This document shows, piece by piece, positions 51,101 to 64,000 of a stretch of DNA of 64,000 nucleotides. The stretch's first letter is position 1. Each line of letters opens with the position of its first letter. The notes under the pieces were generated by a model. The model was not told the DNA's origin, did not search any database, and worked only from the letters and a program-made list of their open reading frames with translations. The translations under genes were made by a program, and so were the position numbers. The DNA is from Antedon mediterranea. Taxonomy: Eukaryota; Animalia; Echinodermata. The stretch is from positions 1,550,001 to 1,614,000 of the forward strand of contig NC_092680.1 in NCBI RefSeq assembly GCF_964355755.1, in the 5' to 3' direction.

Positions 51101-53714
51101 CAGGGTCCAACAATCCACAGTACCACAGTGTACCAGGAAAACAGTAAACTACATTTACCAGACGAGTTTAGCCTCGTCCTAAAGTCGTTCGTGCATATAG
51201 AAATCATATTATGCACGTCATATTACTGTATAATTTAATAAAGTCAGGGGTGTATCTGGGGCTGGAAGTGGATTACAGGGTACGAAACAGAGGCTCACAT
51301 GGAGGGTGCGAAAGACATTTTGAAAAAAAAGGGCTACTAGGTCTCCGGAAATTGCAATATGAAACGAAATAATTTAAGTAAACATAATCAGCTCTATGGT
51401 GAGTGTGGCCAAAGTGCGAGCCAGTAAAGCATGCAATGCATGAAATTCATACCGGCAATTCCACAGAACAAAATTAATAAAATATAAACAGCGTGAGCCG
51501 GCCACACACAAAAGCCTAATCGATAATTTGAATTGTACAATTCATAAAACAATTACAATAAATCACCTACGATAATTATGGTGATAGGTTTACACGGGTG
51601 TTCTTAAAATTGAGGGCGCCAAACATACAATTTACGAGATCGAATACAGGTTGACAAAAAAATTAGATAAAAAAAAGATGTTAAATGTGCTCTCCCTGCC
51701 TCAGCACTAAGGCCCTGCCACAGCCTTTTGGGGTCGTTTCCAGCACATCGCCAGATGCATTGATGTTGTCGCCTCATGATGTGTGGTGGAAAGGAGGACG
51801 TATAATTCTGTGAACCCCAAACACAGTGGTCGCATACCTTTAACTCTATTCCACCGACCAGCATGGGGATCGAACCCACGACATACGTGTTGTCAAACTA
51901 ACTCGTCATTTTGATTGTAAACAGGGTAATACAAGCTTCGTTTCCACATGATGACGGTCATGAATATGCATATTTTTGACATAGCGATGAATTACGTAAT
52001 GTGAAGCACAAATAAATAGACTATTGTCACCTGTTCAGTCATCACTGTATGACGTAACGGGTAATGCTCAGTTTCGAGTACTCGCAGCTTGGGTTCCAAT
52101 CTCTTGTTTTTTTTAATGGAAAATAAATATTGTTTTTTTTAAAAGAGAGATATTTAGAGGGTTAAGAGAGATATTCAAGTTAATTTAAGAAATTAAATAG
52201 GTAAGCTATCTTTGCGATTTCTACCGTCATAAATGCATAGTCAACTGTCATGTATTCACAGTATTCGCTATATAGGGGATGCGTCTTGTCACCGTAAGCC
52301 TTCTGACACAGACTTCCATCAATTTGAGGGATGCGAAATTCATTAAAAAGGGTGGGTATCTATTTTCTGACGTTGCGTTTCTTGGAACATTTTATTTGGA
52401 ACAAAATTCAGAAAATCAATCGCAATATAAATAAGGCTAAACATAAATTGGCTAATGTGAAAGAAAGATTATTAAATTATATTTCTGTACTTCAACTTAT
52501 TAAAATTGATTATAATATAAATTGAGAATTCGTCGGCAAAATTATAAATGCTTTATGGTAGATGTTTTAGTTCTAAATTGAATTCCCGTTGTATGATATA
52601 TCAACTATCATTGATAGTATTATAATGTCACCGTACGTCATAATTACATCATAACAGTCATAATTTCCTTTTTTTTTAGAGCAAGTCCATAGATCGTAAT
52701 TACGTGCTGACAGAGCTTGTCATAACTTAAGCTTGGTTCCCACTAGAACGCAGTGGGGGGAACCGACGACCAACAAAGCTGCAAAAATCGCATGTTTGAT
52801 TTCACGCAAACGGCGGGCAAACACAATTATTAGAATAGAAGTTTGTTACGTTGCGTAGATTGCGTTACGTTGCATCGCTAGTGGGAACCAAACTTTACCA
52901 TCCATCCATCGTATCGTGATTGGCTCAAATTACTTGCGACGCGCTTACGCCTTGTTCTGTGGAAAACAATGGATGGATGTCACGATATTGTAAACAACAT
53001 TTTTTTAAATACTAAAGATTAAAAAAAGATATGTTTTCTTTTCTGTTAATTTTAGGAATAAGCCACTGGAATGTCCTAATACTAGTCAATGCCGGCATCA
53101 TACCACACAGACTACCATCAGGACAAATCAACGAAAACTTAAATTATAAACAACGGTATTCGGAAAGTGATAGTGGAGAATCAAAGACTTCCAAATCTAA
53201 TGTACGAACAAATATCCCAGATGCTGCAGCAGAGAAATATCCACAATTTAATCCAAACGGTACAGACGAACGGAGAGAAGAACGGAGAGACGATAGCCGA
53301 TCAGGTGGCCGAACCGGTGGTGGCACAGATTCATTCTATACGACCGGGTATCCCACTTATACAAGGTTAGGTAGACCAGTCACATGGGAACCGCCACTAC
53401 CGACGACAAAAATGCCACCACCTCCTCTACCACCTCAACCTGGAACGACAGTTCCCCACCAACCTCGCGTAGGTGGAAACAATCCAAAAAGACCTAGGCC
53501 TACAATAATTGTTGGAAACATGCCTGCACAGATTAAAGGTCATAATTCCAGACAAGAATCGGTGGATTCCAGCATAAACGGTCAAACAGAGTCAAGTATA
53601 GGACTCGTAGCTGGAGTTTTTGTCGGAATCTTTCTAATTGTTGGAGTGTTGACTGTGTTTAATATCCAATGTGTTAAATCACGATTTCGACAATTTCAAC
53701 ATTTACAACTATAG
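48195..53714 (+). CDS. Uncharacterised type I single-pass membrane protein (234 aa), Ser/Arg/Pro-rich ectodomain
   Basis: Exon 48195-48240 (MELQCLKTIFFLAIF+G, donor GTGAGT, phase 1) joins in frame to exon 53056-53714 (acceptor TTTTAG). Signal peptide ends VNA-GI; disordered ectodomain; TM IGLVAGVFVGIFLIVGVLTVFNI; short basic tail. Confidence 0.72.
49017..49162. mobile_element. Harbinger-type MITE family A copy
   Basis: Both TIRs with a TTA/TTA target duplication. Confidence 0.85.
51597..52270. mobile_element. Second copy of the composite tRNA-containing repeat
   Basis: Colinear blocks shared with 3745-4060, 4332-4500 and about 5030-5090. Confidence 0.7.
52730..52894. mobile_element. Harbinger-type MITE family B copy
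   Basis: AGCTTGGTTCCCACTAG...CTAGTGGGAACCAAACT with TTA/TTA flanks. Confidence 0.8.
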
Positions 53715-56700
53715 GTCTTTATGCGTTTAACTTGCTACTGTCATTTGGATCCTTGCTTGTAAGGAATCAAAGTACCCATCATGATTGTTTATGACAATAA
53801 TTGAGCTTGTTTGTCTTGAAATTCTCGTTGATCCGAGGCAATGAGAACATAAAAATTGAACAATACTACTAACAACTACTTTGCTTTAATATAAGTGTAT
53901 GAAAAATACGATTCAATTTTGTTCATTTTGTTTATGATGTCAATGTTGTATTGTAGACGTTTTACAAATATCAATATATTTAATCAGCAATTCTTCCTTA
54001 AAGGAAGTTGATTAGATGAAAAAATCAATCAAACTTAATATTTTTTTACGAACTATTTGCTTAAACCCATTCTATTGTTGTTTATTAAGAACTCCAAGTT
54101 TGTATTATATTGGAAATATTGATATTAAAGTGATTCTTGCATGGTTATCTTGCAGACAGGATCTGTATTCAAATGATATACCATCTGAATGAATAATTTA
54201 TTAATAATTTGTACTGTATTAATATACATAACTATGTAAGATGTACGTATATAGATTTGTATCTATGTATGCGCTGGACGTTCTCCTATTAACCAAATAT
54301 GTGGAAAATGTTTAAATATCAGAATAAATTTATGGTTTAATTGAACACATATCTTATATTATATTAAACTAACATTTTTATTTTCTTAATTTTCTCCCTC
54401 ATTATTCCTTGACTCAGTGGTTTCACTATCCATGCGACGGCCGACAACACATCAACAATGTGACGTAGGTCCTTTGTCGTCGCAAATTAAAATCACTACA
54501 TTTGGTCCTTGTTTAAAATGTATTTACTATACAAGAACTAAAACAAGAACCACCATTTAGTTTATTTAGAGTTTAGTTTAAGCTTACATGTAACTTAAAA
54601 ACTATTTAAAATGTCAATAAAAATGTTAGTTTTCTAATATTGTTATGCGTTACATTTCTAATCATAATATTTTTGTTGAACAAAAAGATATTACTTGCGT
54701 TTCTGAAGAAGAATAGCTTGTAATTAACAAGATTCAGTAAGCAGAATGTACATACTAATTTGTTGTTATTTACTGTGATTATTATACTATGTTTTATATG
54801 TATATTATAAAAGAGTTTACAAATAAAAAGTAAAATTGTTTGCATATTTATTACCAAATTACATTGAAATTAAATGGAGAAAACTAAGCGAAGCATTATG
54901 TAAATTTATCAATTTAGAAATTCTCAATGGGCAGTTTCTTTGAATTTAAAGATGATCTCACTTGAGGCTATTTTTGTCAGAAGTGGTCAGGCAGATTAAG
55001 GTTTAGAAACTGTTCTTTCAGGTGAGTAATATGTAGTTATCAATTCATCCTACTTGGGTAAGATCCAACTAATGATTCCTAGGGTTCGTTCTGTACACAA
55101 CACTACGCAATTAATATGTATTTGAATTGATGTTCGCAGTATAATTCTCTATGCATTTTATGGTGTACTTTGTGCTATAGTCAATACGGTTTTACAATCT
55201 ACTTGATGATTGGAGCAGCATTTTATAGCATTAATATGATATTGTTGAATACCGATAAAATAAGATCATTATTAACTCAGAACAGCTACCATACAGCGTG
55301 CATTCATAATGCATGCATGATAATTATTTTACAGAGTTTTCACTGCAGATCCTCAAAAGGAAACAATGTAATTCAGATAACATTTTGGCCTAGCGCGCCT
55401 AAATAGGTTGGTGAAATTTCGTCTGCATTAATCATTTGAAGAAAAGAAAACCCAAGTTAGGAAAACAATTTTTCTCATAATTTTATTTTGTTAACCTAAG
55501 TTAGCATAGAAATACATTACACACGTTATGTAGTTATTACAAGTTAGGATTACAATAAATGAATATCTTAGTTCTTACTTACAACGATCAATCAGTTTTG
55601 TTGCTGAGGTATGACACCTTCCTTGTCTATGAGGTTGATGTGAGGTGTAATTACTACGTTCCTCAACAAATCTAAACGGGGATACACCTGGATAGTTCTA
55701 TGCAAATAACCCTTTTCGTTCGGTTTATGCTACCCGTCACTTATGACTGTGACAGATAACATAGCAACAGCTCTCGTCAGTAACTGAAAGAAAGTTCAGT
55801 TTATCGTATTATAGAGGGCGATATAGATTGTATTTTCAAGTTGATTCTAACTTTGTTCTTCGGCCAATCGGGTGTTGGACATGTATTACATTTTCTTGGG
55901 CCTCGTATTGACGAGTGGACAATTGATATTAATGCACAATATCAGCTTTTTAACTAGTCTTGTAAAACGCGTAGTTTTGTCAAAGCTACGACAGTTGGTT
56001 TAATGTCTGGTTATATTATATTATATGTTGAAGGTCTGGCAGCTGAAATGTTGTACAGTCATCTTAAAAAATATCCATCACTATTATAGACCTCGATTAT
56101 GTCTAATAAATTCCTATAAAATACAACAAAAGCTGATATAATAAGCCTAAATCGTGACAATCTGATTATGAGTATAAAAGTGGTTAAAACTTTATGACTA
56201 AGTATCTATTTGTATACCCTTTGTACAAAAATGTTCATTATCATGTGTTTTAAGCCCACCATAATGTGATGTGTCATAATGTCATTCCCAATGTTTGTTT
56301 AATCCTAAAAGTTATAAACTATAAGGGATGTCCAAAAGCAGCCTTCATATCTTATCCACTAACCGACTGCTTCTTCTTAAAGTTGGATGTCATAATTCAA
56401 AATAGCATAACTAGAATTGAATAACAATTTTTTTAAAGAGTTACAATAAGATGGTCATTTTCTTGGTTTAGCCTACAGTAGTATGCCAAATATAGGCAGT
56501 TTTTGGAGCGCGGCCCATATTTATTCAAAATACCAAGATTATTTAATATTCGTTCATAAACTTTCCTTTGACAATTATACATAAATATAAATACATTAAA
56601 ACTCAAAAAATCAAGTGATTATATAAAAAAAAATTCTTCTTAAGATGGCAAAAGTAGATTCGGGAGCAGCCCACCTTTATTCAAGATTCGTGTATTTACC

Positions 56701-56852
56701 TGTCTGGAACAGTTTCGAGGCAGCTTATTTTGTTTCTATTTTTGTTTTAATTGTTTTTCTTTCTTGCTTTATAATACCACATTTCATTTCCTATGTTTAC
56801 ATTTGTTTTCATTGAAGATTCGACTCATAAAAAATGGAAAGTGACGGCAACA

Positions 56853-56966
56853 TTTTTAGTCGCGTTTAAACACGACTCTACAGTTCACTATGTCGGTCGG
56901 TTGGTCGGTCGGTAAACAATAAGTCAAATTTGAGCACGCGACTGCAGCCATATATATGGCCTTGTT
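56853..56966 (+). mobile_element. Short Helentron/DINE-1-like (HINE) element
   Basis: T-run start, subterminal inverted repeat AGTCGCGT/ACGCGACT, (GTCG)n microsatellite, 3' hairpin GCCATATATATGGC then CTTGTT. Confidence 0.65.
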
Positions 56967-57361
56967 CCATTGTATCTAACTTTGAATTGGCATAGCTTTG
57001 AGGGTGCTATATTCTTTTGAAATTATTCAATGATAAAATCAGAACCTGCGGCCTACACAGATTAGGTAATTAGTGACAATTTCCATGTGACGGTGATCGT
57101 TTCAATTTTAATAGTCCTAATCGTCTTGACAATCAAGTGGGAGTGACGATTTAAAAAGTTTTGGTGATAGATTGCTCAGTGATGCGTGACTTTGAACTTT
57201 GAACTCGAAGAGAATTGTATTAGTAAGACAAGTACACCGACGACCGCATATTATCTGAAGACTCGTTGAATTTCCCCTCTTTTAATTTTCCTGTAAAGTT
57301 CTTTGTTAAAAGTTTCACAAGGCTAAAATTATTTGAGAGATTTTTCAAAGTTTGCAAATTC

Positions 57362-58916
57362 ATGATGCATTATTTCAAAACGTTACTACTCATCGGTCTG
57401 TTATGTTTTGGTAAGTGTCACATTTATTAATATTTTAAATCGTCTGACAAATTGTCTGGGTTTATATTATAATAGAATACCATATTCTTCTTTAAAGACT
57501 GTAAACTTCTGTCTCGTAATCCATTTTATTCATTTAGTTACTAATAATACTTTTAATAGATGTACATTCATCATCGAAAAAAGTTCACTTATAATGTTAC
57601 TATGTGGATTAGACGAGATAATGGTTCCATGTGTTGATTCGTCACTCCCTCTATGTTACAACAATAAGTTCATATTATTGATGTTAATTGAATGTCATTC
57701 GCTTTGTACTCATCGACAATTTCTATACCACGCCCCGACACTATCCCCCTCTGACGTCACAAGTGCTATGGTGAATATCTTTACGTTTCCTCATCTTCCG
57801 TTCCGATCGAAGTATTAATGTGCGAAATGGTGATTACGTTGACAGTTTAATTAAAACGCAACATTTAATTACAAAACTTCATTTTATAAAATTTATTTTA
57901 AAAAAGTGTATTAGATTAAACGTTATAGCTTGTAATTAATTTGACCTTCCTGTATTTGATAAGCATGTATAGTGACCTGTGATTGCGTTTACATCATTTA
58001 ATACTTTAGGCCTAACATCGGTTATGACTATTCATTGAAATACCGTTTTATATTATTACGTATTAAATTGTGTATATAAAGAACAAAATAGACGTAAAAA
58101 ACCATAAATGCATTTTTATACCATTTATGTATTTATTACGGTAGTAATCGCAAAGATAGAAAAACAATATTTCTTTTCATTAAAAAAAATATATAAAATT
58201 CGAACCCAAGCTGAAGCTTAGGAGTACTCGAAACAGAGCATTAGGCTACCCGTTACGACACAGTACATACTGAACATCTGACAATAGTCTATTTATACGT
58301 GCTTTAATTTTCTGTGGCTCTCGACACCTGTATTTTTTATGCTATAAATGTTATGTTTAGTGATTATGTGATAGTGATTATGTATGCATCATCACAATAT
58401 TTCAATTGGATTTTCAAATTATTTATTTACAAGATACAATTTTAATTTATAAATGCAATATAAGTTGATTGTAAATAACCCGAATTCAATCTTTATATAC
58501 TTAAATTATTTTTTCTTATATTTGTTTAAGCTTACACAAAGGCCCAATCAGAAATTGACTTCGAAAATACAAACCCGTCATCTTTGGTCGGCCTATCATC
58601 TTTATCTCAGTTAGAAGGCAACGAGGGCGACTCAGCTGAGAGTAGTGAAATCGAAAGCGAGAGTGAGGGTTCTGATGGCGGCGGGGACGCCCCTGAATCC
58701 AGTGCTACAAACATGGGCAATAATATCGAGGACACTAACACTTTAGCACCGCCCTCGGGGGACATTAATTATATGGGCACAATAGAAAGTACTACTTCAG
58801 TCGTTATAGGTGCTATCATCGCCGCTGTTGGCATCGTGTCGATAAGCGCCGCAGTTGCCGTATTTGTGATGGTTCAGCGGAGAAAACAAAGATTGGGAGA
58901 CGAAGAGGTCGAGTAA
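57362..58916 (+). CDS. P16-like small acidic type I membrane protein (144 aa), putative skeletogenic protein
   Basis: Exon 57362-57410 (MMHYFKTLLLIGLLCF+G, donor GTAAGT, phase 1) joins in frame to exon 58531-58916. Signal peptide ends TKA-QS; Ser/Glu/Asp/Gly-rich ectodomain; TM VVIGAIIAAVGIVSISAAVAVFVMV; tail QRRKQRLGDEEVE. Gene model is well supported; the P16 assignment is inferred from architecture. Confidence 0.78.
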
Positions 58917-59422
58917 ATAAATGAATTTGAGTACATCACCATGTTGACATGATAGGAACACAAAGTTCATTTTGTTTCTTAATTGACAATATTGATAAAT
59001 GTATGTATCAATTTCACGATGAGTCATAGCCTATAAGAAGTTTCACATTAACTTGATGGATTGATCTATTTATCTAACTGAATTTTCTTATTGGTCATAT
59101 GGAGTTGTAAGAGAATAATAACGTTCTTTTTTGGCCAAAATTTTTACAAATTTATACAGTCAATATTGAATATTTAAACGACAGAGCAAAACAAAAATAG
59201 TTACAAACGTAATAAAGAAAAAACCTTATTTTTCTGGAATTTATTTTATAGTAAAATGTTGAAAATTAAAAAGAAATGTTTGTATCATCTTAATCATAAA
59301 GTTTGGTTTTATTTCACCGAATATTAGAGTAATATAATGACGTATAGTGATGCTTGGGTTTAAAAGGTGATGTATGCACATTATTTAGTAAATTATACCT
59401 TTACGAAATACGCAAAACGTTT

Positions 59423-59698
59423 TGCAATTTGTTTAAATACCTAGTTTATATCTGCTGGCTTTTACGGATTTTTTCGAGAGCTTTTCCAACTTTCATAAGT
59501 CCTTGATTTTCACCGAAGTGTCATAAAACTCAAGTTTATCTTAATTTTACCATTCTGTTGGAAGTTCGGCAACATTATTCATGACATCACCTTAAACACT
59601 TCGGTGTCAATCAAGGACATATGAAAGTTGGAAAAGCTCTCGAAAAAATCCGTAAAATCAGCCAGCAGATATAAACTAGGTACTTACAACAAATTGCA
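59423..59698. repeat. Long inverted repeat (about 95-bp arms), foldback/MITE-like
   Basis: TACCTAGTTTATATCTGCTGGCT...TTTTACGGATTTTTTCGAGAGCTTTTCCAACTTTCATA...CACCGAAGTGT is mirrored nearly perfectly at about 59595-59698. Confidence 0.9.
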
Positions 59699-60136
59699 GC
59701 TGATACAAACTACTTAAAAAACTGTATAACAAATGTTTCTAATATAGACAATTCTGGGAAACACATAACATGAGACCAATCACGATCATAATATTTTGTA
59801 AAATGCCGTTGAAAAATATTTATTAATTCTCTCTAAATTCGGTTTAAAAATGTCCGTAAACACGTAGTAGGAACGTGAAATCGATGATGTTGGCATCGTA
59901 TGGATAAACTCATCTATTGGCTAAAACCAATCATAATATTAGCGGACCGCCCTAACAGCTGACGTCACTGTGAAATGTTCACTCCCATGCGCAAAACAGT
60001 AATATTGCAGAACAACATGTAGACGTCACTGATAATCTACAGTATTGTTTTTATAATATCTGTTTATTTGAAACTAATTGAGATGGTTTTTTACCTCAAA
60101 CACTTTCTATGGATGTCGATATCTATTTTACAAATA

Positions 60137-60262
60137 AACAAGGCCATATACATGGGTGCAGTCACGTGCACAAATTTGAGTTGGTGTTGACCGACCAACC
60201 GACAGACCGACCGACCGACCGACATAGTGAGCTGTAGAGTCACGTTTGCACTCTACTAAAAA
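60137..60262 (-). mobile_element. Short Helentron/DINE-1-like element, inverted relative to 56853-56966
   Basis: Reverse-complement match including (CCGA)n, ACATAGTGAGCTGTAGAGT and the AACAAGGCCATATA end. Confidence 0.65.
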
Positions 60263-63200
60263 TAGAACGTATTAGAAAATACATTTAATGTTTGCTAGTG
60301 TAGGCTAGGCTTGAGTATTATTTTGTCTAGGCCTACACATTATCTGCGCTCAGAACCAACCAAGATATAAACTATCATTCCATCTTTTTGTCACGTTGAA
60401 TAATATATTTAAAAAATATAGAAATAGAGATAAATTGTTGGCATTAACTGCTTGATTGTGAATTGCTGTCAGAATGATCAAATCACCAAGTATCATACCA
60501 GGGATAACACTATTATACTGTATGTCAGAGGTCCTGTATTTGGATGAATCATGCTTGGCAAGTATAGCCTAAAACATAATTAATTCAATCAACATTATAT
60601 TAGGGCCATTTGCGCAACTTACGGAAATTTCCTAAGTTTATTACGAAAGATGTTACCAAAGCATGCATTGATATTGTTCCTTGCCAATCTAGAGATCGTT
60701 CTTGCTGTTCGCACAAAAAGAGGTATAATGGCCCTCTGAGTGACCAATACTTGGCAGTGTACGCACCTAATGAGGTATAAGGGCCTTTTGGGTGAACCAT
60801 ACTTGGCAGCAAGAAGTGCAGCCTAATTAATATAACATCTATTATTGCATTCATTCAAGTGACTTTGTATACAATAACCTACAGAAATAGTGCCTAAGGT
60901 GTTTTTGAGATGGTTTACTTGTAAATGAAACATGTTAAGAACGTGTTACTGAAGCGTCGTATTGACAATGTTTCCGCCAAGTCAGGGACAGAGGACGGGA
61001 CTTCTTCCCCAACCAGCCTTGCCTAGTCTATATAGTCTAATTAATGAGCTGACGTTATTCTATCAATGCATTTTACTTACAACGGGGCCAATCTTGGGGA
61101 AAATTATCCAGTAAATTTCGAAAAAAACACAGAAAGGTTTCTCCATTTGAAAAATGTACTGAAGTACCGTTGGTTACGGAGCAGCTGTCAAGTCAGCGAC
61201 CATTAATTTATTCATAAATATAAATATATAATGCGGGATTTTTAATGAAGGTAAAATCAAGTACTTATAACTAATCAACGGACATTAAAAGCACATGAGC
61301 ATCTTTCTTGTGTTTTCCTTCGGCAAGCCTTCCACATTGTTTAATAATGTTGCCAAACATATCTTGCCAGGACGTTGAGGCTTAACAATAGGAGTTGGAC
61401 CTTAATAAATAAAATTTTGCAAATATAGTTTAACCCACTTAAATGAAGGTGATTTTTTTTTCAGGGGGCCATTTTAAACTCCTTGGCTCAGATCACTAAA
61501 GCATTAGAAACTGAACTATTGGTCACGCAACACTGTGTAATATGATTGACATCATGCAATATAACAACTAATTTATGGGATTATTCAATTAAAGACTGAC
61601 CAGGATCTACAAATCATGATTCATCTGTATCTTTACCCTAAATCTATAATTGATAAAGCCATTGTAGCATGTCTGTCCAGACCGTGCAATCTGTCCTATA
61701 TTTACTTCACATGCGTAGTAATGATTCCACTGCAAAAAAAAAAAACATTGAGGTTTTTGTTTGCCTATCAATCCCAGAAAATTGCCTACCACTAACAGGG
61801 TATTGGGTTCAAATCCTGTTTAAAGATGATTCCATTATACTACTTATTTTCCCTTATAGGCCTACAGAACAACTTATTTAAATCAAATGTTTAAATCAAA
61901 TGTTTTAAGGTACGTTACGATAGGTAAATACAAAGTTCGTTATTGGACATTTCTGGTTTGCAACTAAAACGAATAATAATAATATTTATTTATTGATCAT
62001 ATTTTAATTAAATTGACCCTTTAGATACTTAAAAGTTTAAGTAGGGGAAAGCATTTACATGAATAATAACATAGAATACATTATTTTGACCTAGATAGAT
62101 GACAGCTATTTCCACAACACGTGTCGATATAAATATACATATGAAATTATAGACAATCAACAACGCATCAAAGTTGATGTAAATATCAATTAATCAATGA
62201 CAATACAATTTATAATCTTAATGAACAGAAATGTATTAATCAACGTGTCGTCATTATTATTATCATTGTTGAGTAAAGATGCATTTAGTAAACATCAATG
62301 TAAATAGTTACAAAGTTAACTCAAACTCGGGCCTATATTAACTAAATAAGCATGGTCCACAATTACATAGAAAGTAAATGTAATATTTATTGGACAACAC
62401 GTTGGTATCAAAACGATCACAGGTTATACAATAGAAACGGAGCGTACAAAAGACTAAGGAAAAGGTGGAAAATGGATCTATTGCACACGTTAGACAATAC
62501 TTAAAAGTGCACTAAATGAAGCAAAGCTAAGATAATAATAGTTGTGGTAAATAATTTTATTATTTCAGTGTGAACACATCATGCTGTATAATGTCTATAT
62601 GTTGTCCAACTTTGTTAAACTTTTTTTTTATTTTTTTCCAGGAATATATATTTTTTGTGTGAATCAGTATTTAAAAAACCCTATTTCCAATTAGAAAAAA
62701 TAAATCCAATACCAATTTGCGACATTTCTTCTTCTAATTTGGAAAAGTTGGAACCACGGTCTATTAAAGCTTCCACCTTAAGCCTTTTTCTGCTTTCTAG
62801 TCATGTTAGTCACATGCTCATCTTTTTGGGCGTATGTTAAAAATTGCTAAAAATAATCTTGGTTAACTTAATTATCTTAGTAGGCTTTTAAAAGCATGTT
62901 CGTAATTAGATGAAACAAAATAAATGTATCGTTAAATTGAACTGACATGGTGCACGTTAAAGGAGGAAGCAACGCAATCAATTCAACTATGTTATTGAAC
63001 TACCCTGGAAAATTCACAAATCAACAGATATGTTAACATTAAAGATGTATTGTCCCCTGAAAAATAATTCTTAAAACATTTTTTTAATATTCCATTTTAA
63101 CGTAACATAATAGTTATCCACCTTAACCAAAAATTGGATCGAAAAAATGTATTTACCTGAAAAATGTAATTTAAAGCAAAAAATTGTCAAATTGGCTGCC

Positions 63201-64000
63201 AGCCTATAGATTTTTGGTTGAATTTAACCATTTATTTTGTCATTTTACAAGTGAAAACATTGTTTTTTCGGTTTTCTTTCTATGGAAGTTATTAACTTTA
63301 TTAAATCTACAAAATAACATATTTAAAGTCTGATTTAATTAATCTTCATTTTTTTGTGGTTTTTTTTGGGAGGTGGGAGGGGGTGGGGTGCAATACATCT
63401 TTAATGGGCGGTGTATGAGACGCTTACGTTTGAATCCCTGCTAAGAAGATTGTGTTAACCTGTTATTCCCACTTAAGCTGACGGTTATCAATTGATACAT
63501 CTGTTCTCTGTCTCATGCATGATATTTATGTTTGATAAGGAATGCCCTGATGCTGGATCTTAATGCAAATATTAGGCATTTCCGAAAACAGTTGGAAAAG
63601 TTACTTTCGATTGTTGACTGATGGAGACTGTTTTCTCTTTGTATATCATACATCTCTGCAAGTACAAATAAGTAACAACAACATAGGTTGAATTCCCGAA
63701 TATACTAAATAGTATTATGTTTAAGTAAGAGTCTTTTGTACATAGGGCCAATAGCGCAAAATAGCATAATGATAAGGTTTTTTTAGTGTTGAATAAAAAT
63801 AGATAACAAAAACATTAGACAAATTTATAAGACAAACGAACGAACATACATGGTTGAAAACCCTTTGGCCGATTTATATAATAATTAGTCATAATTGTAT
63901 TTGCTTTTTTTTTATTTGTTTATTATTGTAGCCACATAATAATTACTAAACATTGGAAAACCACCTGCAGTATTCTAATAATGATAGCTTAAATTGATGC

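Noticed and set aside
57408-57818. 136-aa ORF
   Set aside because: Starts at the splice donor of the P16-like gene and runs through intron sequence with no coding features.
61800-62840. Possible exons of a third plus-strand gene (donor near 61909, acceptors near 62568 and 62641)
   Set aside because: No convincing ORF or signal peptide follows; isolated splice-like signals are common in AT-rich DNA.

Overview
AT-rich, intron-containing animal genomic DNA; an echinoderm is inferred (not proven) from a P16-like skeletogenic gene and the repeat families. Spliced genes rebuilt by hand from GT-AG junctions and phase: a frameshifted alpha-2,8-sialyltransferase-like gene (-), DAP3/MRPS29 (-, 11 coding exons) head-to-head with a C5orf63-type glutaredoxin-like gene (+), a bubblegum-type long-chain acyl-CoA synthetase (ACSBG, -, 15 coding exons), and two tandem type I membrane genes with two coding exons each (+), the second strongly P16-like. 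A full-length RTE LINE with an intact ORF, an 11-bp TSD and a highly structured 5' UTR sits in an intron of the glutaredoxin-like gene. The rest is rich in Harbinger-type MITEs, tRNA- and 5S-derived SINEs, Helentron-like elements, LINE fragments, minisatellites (one built from the DAP3 stop-codon region) and probable P-element and Tc1/mariner excision footprints. Most short ORFs in the supplied track are exon fragments or noise.
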